The position numbers and the translations under genes are program-made. A DNA stretch of 64,000 nucleotides. Origin: a virus. Positions within the stretch are counted from its first letter, which is position 1. Every line of letters starts with the position of its first letter. The notes under the pieces are model-generated. The model saw nothing but the letters and a program-made list of their open reading frames with translations. It was not told the origin of the DNA and searched no databases. The stretch lies in IMG/VR virus record IMGVR_UViG_3300021197_000868, positions 1 to 64,000 of that record; one strand, given 5' to 3'. Shown here piece by piece: positions 24,575 through 32,681 of the stretch.

Positions 24575-26868
24575 GCCCAATCCTCGTTTTGAAAAGCGAC
24601 ATCATTCTGAAAGGTGATGGTAACTACGCATATTTCAACGGGGTCCCTCATCTAATCTCTAACCCTCCTCCTGAAGCGTTCAATCACAGTAAGCACGAAA
24701 GTGGTGAAAGTATTGATGCTCCTTTATTTGCTCACTATGGGAACTCTCGCCCCCATTCTTCTGCTCATGCTGGTATGGGTGAGTTATTACCGGGTGGTTT
24801 TACAAGAGGTAAACATGGAAATCTAGCATATCATAGTGACGGCTTCAATCATTATCACGGACATGATGGTGTTTGGCATCAACTAGGAGAGGCGCTTGAA
24901 AGAAAGGGTATTACTGATGTTTCGGCTAAGGACCTTCTAAGCCTTGCTATTCAGAAATATAATCTTAATCATCAAGATAAAAGTGGTCATCATCATTTAC
25001 CTGAAGTAGATTCACCTGAGTGGAGACAAATAAAAGCAGCACCTTACAATGCTAGTATGGAACCCGGTAAGCGCCCTAATCGAAGTACAGATGGACATTT
25101 CATTACTGCATTTACTAACAGACCAAATCGTAGAGAGAAGGTAGGACATTTTACAGAATCTTATTCCATTCCCTATTGGAATGAATTAGCAGAAATAGCA
25201 CAAAACTTAGGTCTTGACGATATAATGTCAACTGAATGGCTTACTAGAGGTCACATTTCAATTGATGATTTACATCCAGCAGGTCGTAGATTAAAGGGTA
25301 GAGGAGGAGATATGATTGGCCCTGATGGGCAACTTCCTGATTCACACTTAACTAGTGCTCCGGGTGGAGTAGCCCACCAACCTGCTTTCAATAAAATACA
25401 GTCGTGGGAAGTCGCTCAACACTTCCCTGATTTAATGCACTATAAATTGGCTACTCAACGCTCTCTAAATACAGAAACTCAGCGTAGTGCTAATGGGCAT
25501 ATTCAACAAGCACTGAAAAGAGCCGCTGAGAATCCTGATATTATTCCTGATGTTCAAGTTCCTATCAATACAGCACAGACATCAGGTGGTACTAACTACA
25601 CTATGCAGCCTTTGAAGACTGTTTTAAGAAGTGCTGATATGACCAAGAATCTACTAAATGAATTAGGTAGCACTTCAGCCTTAACTGGATTATTTGGTCG
25701 TCTAAAGTCAGGTGGTCAGAAACGCCCTAATTCAGGTGCTCGTATTTTTGGTCACTTACTCGATGCGTTTGGTGGTGACCCCGATGAAGAAGGTAAGCGA
25801 AGTAAGTATGATATGTTGATGCAACACGCTATTCAAGGTGAGCATGTTCCACTTGACCCTGAGTTTATGTCAGGAGCAGATGGAAGAAAACACCCAACAA
25901 AAAACGGTAGCACTCACAAGAATGCGGCTCAATTGTATGTTAAAGCGATGCTTGCTCGTGATAGTGGGACTGAACTTAGAAATTATACTCCTGATGCAGC
26001 GACTCTCAAAACACTAGGTGTTAGTGGTGAAGGTATCGAGCAAGAGCAAGTAGATGCTCGCCGTACTGCTGTTGAAGGTATAGCCGACCTAATGGCTAGG
26101 GCTTTTGGTCACCAAGAGAGAAGACCATTGGTGGAAGCAGATGATATGCCAACTTCAGGACTTGCATCTCGTCAAGTAATGGGTTACCCTCAAGACTTGA
26201 TTCCTTCTATCCCTGAGCACGTACCTTTCACTTCTGACTTGGCTATGGCTCCTTCCACTCCTACTCCTGATGCTAACCCTAGACCAACTCCTGCTCCACG
26301 ACCAGTTACTGAAGGTCTACCAGCACCGCCTCCTAGTGTTGCCCCTCGCCCTCCTCAAGCAAACACAGTAGGTGTAATGCCAAGAGGGCCTCTTTCGGCT
26401 CAACAACAAGAAGCACGTGGGGCTGTTGGTGGCTTTGACGCTCCTAACCTTCGCTCTTTCATGCAGCAAACTGGTCTTGGGCCAAGAGCGGGAACTGGTG
26501 CTGAATTAACTGAACAGGAACAGCGGTTCCAGCAATCATTCGGTGACCCTCGCCAGCGTCTGTTAACAGAATACATGAAAGGTCAAGATAGACTCTTACC
26601 CGAAGGTGATAGACTCATGAAGGCTATGGAAACTATGCAGCGAGACGATGCTATGAATGACGTTAAAGTCATGAAGCATGTCTTTGCTAGACCAGTTAAT
26701 ATCGCTGATAATAATGGCATTCAACATCTTGCTAAGCAAGTAGGACTCACCCCTACTGATGTGCGTTCAATAGCACATCAAATGGGAGACTGGGATAGAA
26801 TAGCAAAGCGTTTGAACGTCAATTCTGATGTTGTTAAGGTAGTGAAACTAAGTACAGGGGGCATCTAA
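24571..26868 (+). CDS. Large His/Pro-rich probable virion protein
   Basis: N-terminal ILVLK-S and IILK-G sites; C-terminal helical HTH-like segment. Confidence 0.75.
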   Translation: MSPILVLKSDIILKGDGNYAYFNGVPHLISNPPPEAFNHSKHESGESIDAPLFAHYGNSRPHSSAHAGMGELLPGGFTRGKHGNLAYHSDGFNHYHGHDGVWHQLGEALERKGITDVSAKDLLSLAIQKYNLNHQDKSGHHHLPEVDSPEWRQIKAAPYNASMEPGKRPNRSTDGHFITAFTNRPNRREKVGHFTESYSIPYWNELAEIAQNLGLDDIMSTEWLTRGHISIDDLHPAGRRLKGRGGDMIGPDGQLPDSHLTSAPGGVAHQPAFNKIQSWEVAQHFPDLMHYKLATQRSLNTETQRSANGHIQQALKRAAENPDIIPDVQVPINTAQTSGGTNYTMQPLKTVLRSADMTKNLLNELGSTSALTGLFGRLKSGGQKRPNSGARIFGHLLDAFGGDPDEEGKRSKYDMLMQHAIQGEHVPLDPEFMSGADGRKHPTKNGSTHKNAAQLYVKAMLARDSGTELRNYTPDAATLKTLGVSGEGIEQEQVDARRTAVEGIADLMARAFGHQERRPLVEADDMPTSGLASRQVMGYPQDLIPSIPEHVPFTSDLAMAPSTPTPDANPRPTPAPRPVTEGLPAPPPSVAPRPPQANTVGVMPRGPLSAQQQEARGAVGGFDAPNLRSFMQQTGLGPRAGTGAELTEQEQRFQQSFGDPRQRLLTEYMKGQDRLLPEGDRLMKAMETMQRDDAMNDVKVMKHVFARPVNIADNNGIQHLAKQVGLTPTDVRSIAHQMGDWDRIAKRLNVNSDVVKVVKLSTGGI

Positions 26869-28167
26869 ATGGGTGGAGTCCTTGTAAGAAAAAACATTCA
26901 ACCTCAATATAACTTTGGTACTGGTGAAATATCAAATGTAGTAAATGTAGGAGGGCGTAGGTCTAAAGGCCCTGTTTTACCTAACATGAGTGGTACAGAT
27001 AGAAGTCCTGCTCAAATGGCGAGCATTCAAGCCTTTGGTGCTCAGGCTGGACAAGAGTTAGCAAACTTACCTTCACCCGGCTCTATTGCAGATTATACTA
27101 AACGTCAAGAAGTTGGTGTTCAAAGAGCATCGGCTAAGGATGCGATGTCAAGAGGAGCGCCTACAAGTCATTATGAAAGATACGGGGCTGATAGATTTCA
27201 AAGAGAGATGGATAAAGGTGCAGATATTGATACTGCTAATAGAGCAGGTATAGCAGCCGCTAAAGTTGGAGTAAAAGGGAGAAGATTTGGTGGTAAATTA
27301 GGAGGTGCTCTTGCTGGCGGTTTGGGTATCTTATCAGCGGCTACTGCTTTAGATGAAGCGGGTGCTTCCGGTCAAGGTTTTGACCGTGCTATCACTAATG
27401 CTGGATTAACAGGAGTTACTACTTATGGACAAATAGATAATTCGGTAACACCTTTCTTACAAGATAAAGGTGGTGCTATAGGCTCTAAGTTTGCTAGTCC
27501 TAAATACGTAAGACCACCAGTGGCTGTCAATCCTCCGACTACCACTCCTCCAGTAGCGGTTACTCCGTCTGTTATTCCGGGTACGGGTACAGATTCTCAA
27601 GGTAGGTCTTTTAGCCCACTCCGCTCTACTGTGCGTGGTGAAGGTGAAACCTTTAGTCAGGCATACGATGCTCCGTTAACAAGCGCTCAAAACAAAGAAA
27701 GATTGACTGCTATTAATGCTCAAGCACAAAATAGCAACATGGGTATGACCCCTCAAATGACTGCTGAAAAAGTTGGTATTCAAAGGCGTGAGAATCCAAC
27801 TAATGTTGCTCAACCATTCAATCCTCAAGTGCAAGAGGGTGCTATGGATATGTTCAACGCTCCTCAACAGGTAGGTGTTGTACCCGGTAGTAGTCGTGTA
27901 GAACCATCAGGGAGTACAACTGTTCAACAAGGGTTACCCGGTATGGCGACTCCAAAAGCAGAACCTACCAATCCAGTAAAGGTTCAACAACAACTACCAT
28001 TGGGTCCGGATGAGGCTTCTGCTGCGTTTGCACCCCCTAAAGGTGGAGTAACGGGGATGCCGGATGCTAATGCTGCTGCTGCTCAATTCACTGGACAACA
28101 AAAAATGACTCAGGAAGAGATACCAGTGGTTGACCCCAATAAGAATCAGGAGGTGCAGGGAGCATGA
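26869..28167 (+). CDS. Gly/Ala/Pro-rich probable virion (ejection/pilot-like) protein
   Basis: GGKLGGALAGGLGILSAA hydrophobic Gly-zipper; N-terminal VLVRK-N. Confidence 0.7.
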   Translation: MGGVLVRKNIQPQYNFGTGEISNVVNVGGRRSKGPVLPNMSGTDRSPAQMASIQAFGAQAGQELANLPSPGSIADYTKRQEVGVQRASAKDAMSRGAPTSHYERYGADRFQREMDKGADIDTANRAGIAAAKVGVKGRRFGGKLGGALAGGLGILSAATALDEAGASGQGFDRAITNAGLTGVTTYGQIDNSVTPFLQDKGGAIGSKFASPKYVRPPVAVNPPTTTPPVAVTPSVIPGTGTDSQGRSFSPLRSTVRGEGETFSQAYDAPLTSAQNKERLTAINAQAQNSNMGMTPQMTAEKVGIQRRENPTNVAQPFNPQVQEGAMDMFNAPQQVGVVPGSSRVEPSGSTTVQQGLPGMATPKAEPTNPVKVQQQLPLGPDEASAAFAPPKGGVTGMPDANAAAAQFTGQQKMTQEEIPVVDPNKNQEVQGA

Positions 28168-29645
28168 AGAAATCTCAGCAGATGGAGGACCTCGTAAAAG
28201 AGATGGACAATAAAATGTCCGAGCGTTCATTCCAGTATTTCTTTGAGACAGTGCTTGGGTTTGATTATGCTGACCATCACAAAAGGTGGAGTCATGGGTT
28301 AAACGAAAGTCGTTATTACTGCGTAAAAGCGAGTCGTGACCACGGTAAATCTGTATTCTTTATGTCCTACGCTCTTTGGTTAGCAGCCTATAATCCGGGC
28401 ACACACATCATGATTTTCTCACATTCCCTAGAACAGACACTTGAGCACATGCGTTTCATTCGTAACAATATAGAGTCGTCTGTTTGTTTAAGAGAATTGA
28501 AACCATCAGGTATTCCTTGGAGGAAGACCTACTTTGAGTTTACAAACGGTAGTCGTATTATGGCTAAGTCCGTTGGTGGAGGAACTCGTGGATTCCACCC
28601 TGACGTGGTATTGTGTGACGATATTCTATGGGGTACAACTGGTAGTGAATTACAGCGTGCTGCTGACTGGTTCTATGGAGTTCTACTTCCTGTTCTGCAC
28701 CACACAGGTCGTTTGATGATGGTAGGTACTCCGTTCAGTTACAATGACTTATACGCTCAGTTAGAAAAGACTGAGACATTCACGGTAGAGACATATCCTG
28801 CTATCAATAGAGAAGGTGAACCACTTTGGCCCGCTCGATGGAGTTTAGAGGCTCTTGACCAAAGACGTATGTCAATGCCCGCTATTCAGTTTACACGTGA
28901 GTATCTGTGTGAACCTATACACGATGTTGCTAGTATGTTCCCAATGGCTCTTCTTGAAAAAGCACGTGACCATAAACTGAAGATACTGGATGTAGCAGAT
29001 TCTGAGTACGATGAAAACGGAGATAGAGTAGGTGTACTCGGTCATCATTTCATCGGGTGGGACACTGCTATCGCATCTGACAAGAACGCCGACTATACCG
29101 CTATGACTGTCTTACGAACATTACCTGATGAAGATGTAAAGCAAATTGTAGGTATAGTGCATGAACAGGGTATGGGTTCAGCGGCACAGAAGCGTCAGAT
29201 AATCCTCCTCAACAACAAGTTCCAACCTGACCTCATAGAATTAGAAGGTAACAATTTCCAGCGTATGTTCGCTATGGAGTTACAAGACATTCGTCAGGAC
29301 ATTCCTATTCGTACATTCATGACAACACGTACACGTAAAGAGAGTTTATTCATGTCTTTGTTGTTAGCATTTGAGCAAGGTCAAATTAAAACCCCCTACG
29401 GGGATGACCGCTCTAGGAGATTCACACATAAATTAGAAGAGGAATTGACTCGTTTTGGTATGCAGAAAAATGGGCGCTTAGAAAGCGTAGGCGTACATGA
29501 TGACTTGGCTATGTCTCTAGCCCTTGCCAATTGGGGTACTAAAGAGTTCAGAGGTAGCGTAGTAATGCTGGATGACTATATGCCCGGATTCGATGAGTGG
29601 ATAACTGGTAAACCTAGAAAGAAAGACGGATGGATGATACCATGA
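28164..29645 (+). CDS. terL: Terminase large subunit
   Basis: Walker A ASRDHGKS, RGFHPD..LCDD Walker B, VGTP coupling motif, RNase H-like IGWD...HDDLAMSLALA. Confidence 0.95.
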   Translation: MKKSQQMEDLVKEMDNKMSERSFQYFFETVLGFDYADHHKRWSHGLNESRYYCVKASRDHGKSVFFMSYALWLAAYNPGTHIMIFSHSLEQTLEHMRFIRNNIESSVCLRELKPSGIPWRKTYFEFTNGSRIMAKSVGGGTRGFHPDVVLCDDILWGTTGSELQRAADWFYGVLLPVLHHTGRLMMVGTPFSYNDLYAQLEKTETFTVETYPAINREGEPLWPARWSLEALDQRRMSMPAIQFTREYLCEPIHDVASMFPMALLEKARDHKLKILDVADSEYDENGDRVGVLGHHFIGWDTAIASDKNADYTAMTVLRTLPDEDVKQIVGIVHEQGMGSAAQKRQIILLNNKFQPDLIELEGNNFQRMFAMELQDIRQDIPIRTFMTTRTRKESLFMSLLLAFEQGQIKTPYGDDRSRRFTHKLEEELTRFGMQKNGRLESVGVHDDLAMSLALANWGTKEFRGSVVMLDDYMPGFDEWITGKPRKKDGWMIP

Positions 29646-30505
29646 AGCAAGAAAAAGTTGGAAAGAAGCCTAAAGGTATGGTACTAGTTATCTCAGTTGG
29701 TAAGCCTACTGGAAAAAAACCTGAACGTGAAGCAGACCCTGATTCTAAAAAGAAGATGGATAGACTGAGTAGCGAAATGGTGAGAGGTACTGGGAAACCC
29801 CTACCGGGTAAAATTGCTGCTAAACTAGCAGGAAATCAGGCTAGAAATCAAGTTCGTTATCAACAGGGACCTACACAAGACTCTAATCTTGAGTTCGATG
29901 AAGACCTTGACAATTACGATTTTCATCCTTCTGAGGATGCTCCTGATTTAAGTCTATCAGATGATGTTGATACTAATGTAAGACCGAGACATATCAGAGA
30001 TATTCCGGGTGCTATGAATAATATGTCAGTAGAGGATGCAAATGCCTTCAACGCTAGAATGGCTAATAGAAGTCAAGCCAAACTACAAAATAATGTACAC
30101 ATGCTTGATTTACAGAATATGAGGCGACAAAATGAGCGAGATGAAGCATTAAAGGCTATCATGAAAGGTGAACATGTAAACTTCTGTGACTGTTGCTCAC
30201 CTGCTGAAATCGCTTGGGCTGTCACTAAAGCAAAAAAGAAATCTAAACCATTCCACGGTTACAATCCTAACAAGCATCACCGTAAAGGTGGTTTAAATGC
30301 TAAAGGTAGAGCCAAAGCGAAACGTGAGACAGGTGCAAACCTCAAAGCCCCAGTTACTAAGAAACCAAGTTCACTCAAACCCGGTAGTAAGTCAGCAAAG
30401 CGTCGCAAATCATTCTGCGCTCGTATGGGTGGAATGAAGGGCCCAACTAGTAAGAAAGGTAAACTTACTCCTAAAGGGGCATCGCTCAAGAGGTGGAACT
30501 GTTGA
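29642..30505 (+). CDS. Modular basic protein with an internal tag (SPAEIAWAVTK) and a C-terminal DUF6321-like domain
   Basis: GGLNAKGR...LKAPV...RRKSFCARM...KRWNC pattern recalled from marine phages; family name not verified. Confidence 0.7.
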   Translation: MKQEKVGKKPKGMVLVISVGKPTGKKPEREADPDSKKKMDRLSSEMVRGTGKPLPGKIAAKLAGNQARNQVRYQQGPTQDSNLEFDEDLDNYDFHPSEDAPDLSLSDDVDTNVRPRHIRDIPGAMNNMSVEDANAFNARMANRSQAKLQNNVHMLDLQNMRRQNERDEALKAIMKGEHVNFCDCCSPAEIAWAVTKAKKKSKPFHGYNPNKHHRKGGLNAKGRAKAKRETGANLKAPVTKKPSSLKPGSKSAKRRKSFCARMGGMKGPTSKKGKLTPKGASLKRWNC

Positions 30506-30657
30506 AAGATAAGTGCTGCTGTGGGGCTACGAAAAGCACTCCTTGTGAGTGTATGAAGAAGGACATCCAATGTTCTGCTAAAGCACCTAAGTGTCCTTGC
30601 TATAAGTTGTTAGATTTACAAACCAAAGATGTCAAGAAAATGGTGGCGGTATTCTGA
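30502..30657 (+). CDS. 51-aa metallothionein-like Cys-rich protein, below the track cutoff
   Basis: TTG start overlapping the upstream stop, GAGGTGG RBS; MKDKCCCGATKSTPCECMKKDIQCSAKAPKCPCYK (8 Cys). Confidence 0.6.
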   Translation: MKDKCCCGATKSTPCECMKKDIQCSAKAPKCPCYKLLDLQTKDVKKMVAVF

Positions 30658-31127
30658 ATCCATTCGATATTTGTTTTGATGACCTTCGTAAGAAGTTATG
30701 TCCGGCTGGTAAAGCAGCGGCTAAGAAAAAGTTCGATGTTTATCCGTCAGCGTATGCTAATGGTTGGGCTGTTCAATACTGCAAGGGTAAGTTCAAAGGT
30801 AAAAAGAAAGGAAAAAGCGTTAAAAAAGCAAATCCATTTATGATGATGGGTGGTAAGACAATCCATCCATCTGTAGCGATGTATAGATTGATGGGTCAAC
30901 AAAAGATAAACGAGCGAAATAACCCACCTGAAGATAATTACTCCTCAGATGAAAGGATGAGGGAAGTAGCGAGGAGGCAGGTATCTGACCGTATGAAGGC
31001 AACATCGCTAAATGCTTCTACTCCTTTTGGCCCTGTTGAAGGAGAGTTTAATACAAGGCCCGATGGTAGTCCAAGATTTTTGTTTGAAGGTCAGGAAAAA
31101 AGCGCTGGGTTAAACAATGTTAGATAG
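30654..31127 (+). CDS. Tagged basic protein, probably CTG-initiated (MNPFDICFDDLRK-KLCPAGKAAAKKKFDVYPSAYANGW...)
   Basis: Frame of track ORF 30840..31127 is open 62 codons further upstream; CTGA overlap, GGTGG RBS; KKFxVYPSAYAN motif recurrent in marine phages. Confidence 0.65.
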   Translation: MNPFDICFDDLRKKLCPAGKAAAKKKFDVYPSAYANGWAVQYCKGKFKGKKKGKSVKKANPFMMMGGKTIHPSVAMYRLMGQQKINERNNPPEDNYSSDERMREVARRQVSDRMKATSLNASTPFGPVEGEFNTRPDGSPRFLFEGQEKSAGLNNVR

Positions 31128-31138
31128 GTGAAAGTACA

Positions 31139-31432
31139 GTGAAGCCAGTTTTAATTCGTAAGAATCTGAACCGATGGTTCAAAGAAAAATGGGTTGACGT
31201 TAGTCGTAAAGACAAAGATGGCAAGCACCCACCTTGTGGTAGGTCAAAGGCTAAGAAAGATAGTAAGGGCTATCCGAAGTGTAGACCAAGCGTGAAAGTA
31301 TCAGGTAAAACTCCAAAGACTTCAGGTTCTATGAGTGAAGGACAAAAGGCTGCTGCTACAAAACGTAAGCGCTCTAAGAAGCAAGGAGTAGGTGGTAAAC
31401 CTACTATTGTGAAAATGGTGTTGGTTAAATAG
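31139..31432 (+). CDS. Basic DUF5872-like protein
   Basis: LNRWFKEKWVDV...CGR......YPKCRP motif; GGTGA RBS; family name from recall. Confidence 0.7.
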   Translation: MKPVLIRKNLNRWFKEKWVDVSRKDKDGKHPPCGRSKAKKDSKGYPKCRPSVKVSGKTPKTSGSMSEGQKAAATKRKRSKKQGVGGKPTIVKMVLVK

Positions 31433-31454
31433 AGGTAACTTGTGAGGTAGAATT

Positions 31455-32681
31455 ATGTGGGGTTCAGCGTTGATAGAAGACGACTTCGTATCGAAGGCTG
31501 TTCCTAAAACTCAAGAGGCAGTTGAGGCTATCCGTAAGACTTACCGTTTTGCTCCTAATGGTGATGGTTGGTTTAAGTCTAAAATGAACTGTACTGCTGA
31601 TGATTTAGTTAAAAGACTACGTAAGGCACGTAGACATAACAAAGAAAGTAGCACTGAAATTGATGACATGATTAGTGACATTCGTACTATTAAGGCAATT
31701 GAAACTGAAATGACAATTAAAAATCTTTCATGGTCTAGTGATTTAGAGCACTGTGTTAAGGGGCTTGGTTTATCAGATAGAGGTCTGAAACACCTTCGTC
31801 AATTTGGTGAGGCCCGCTCAGTGTCTCTACAGAAGGCTTGTATGTTATGGGATAAGGCTGAAGTGACTTTAAAAATGCTAGATGAGCATGAAGACGTTTG
31901 GGGTAAAGAAGAGCAAGAAGCGTGGGCTAATGCCATGCGAGATAGAAGCAGCGCACGTAAAATGTGGCGCACTGCTTTATTTCAATCTGATAAGTTATCA
32001 AAAGCAGAGCAGAAACGTCTTGAATACGTAAGTGAGCAACTCCTGATTAAAGGTCCTATGTCAGTAAAAATCCTTCAAAGTAATTTGAGTGAAGAAGGAA
32101 TGATAAGTAAGTCATTTACATCTCGTAAGTTTACTACACTGCTTAACATGTTTGGTGAGGAATATGACATCATGAAGGGTAGTAAAAAAGGAACATATGT
32201 TCGCCTTTCAAATGTAGGATTAGTCTTGAAGGATGTATGGTCATACGGCGCAGGTTTCCTCGATGCTGATGGTTACATAACTATCACTGAAAGAGGAGAG
32301 CCTCGTGCTGGTATGATTGCTACTGGTGAGAGAGGGCGTGTACACTGTGAAGACCTCTACAAGACTATGGATTGCGGGATTTTACAACTAGATAATAAAG
32401 TACATAAAAACTCCAAGCGTAGTCAGCATAGACTACAATTTTATTCTAAAGCAGACCTTCGTAAGTTCCTAAACGGAGTTTTACCACATCTGAAAATGAA
32501 AGATACACAAGCAAAAGCGGTGTTAGCATTCATTGAAGAAAAGGACCCTGTACGAAAGGAAGAGTTAAAGCGTTTAGTACGCTACAAGAATTGGGAGGAC
32601 GATTCTCGTAAATCGTCCGAACTCCTTAATTCATGGGGCTTAGACGCAGACACAATAGGTAAGTATGCGGAGGGTCTATGA
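31455..32681 (+). CDS. Free-standing LAGLIDADG-domain protein with a long helical N-terminal region
   Basis: YGAGFLDADGYITI motif; G.........HRLQF....LRKFL..VLPHLKMK..QA pattern. Confidence 0.85.
   Translation: MWGSALIEDDFVSKAVPKTQEAVEAIRKTYRFAPNGDGWFKSKMNCTADDLVKRLRKARRHNKESSTEIDDMISDIRTIKAIETEMTIKNLSWSSDLEHCVKGLGLSDRGLKHLRQFGEARSVSLQKACMLWDKAEVTLKMLDEHEDVWGKEEQEAWANAMRDRSSARKMWRTALFQSDKLSKAEQKRLEYVSEQLLIKGPMSVKILQSNLSEEGMISKSFTSRKFTTLLNMFGEEYDIMKGSKKGTYVRLSNVGLVLKDVWSYGAGFLDADGYITITERGEPRAGMIATGERGRVHCEDLYKTMDCGILQLDNKVHKNSKRSQHRLQFYSKADLRKFLNGVLPHLKMKDTQAKAVLAFIEEKDPVRKEELKRLVRYKNWEDDSRKSSELLNSWGLDADTIGKYAEGL

Noticed and set aside
31455-32681. Intein or group I intron in terminase or portal
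   Set aside because: TerL and portal are each intact, and the LAGLIDADG ORF lacks intein termini (N-terminal C/S, C-terminal HN).
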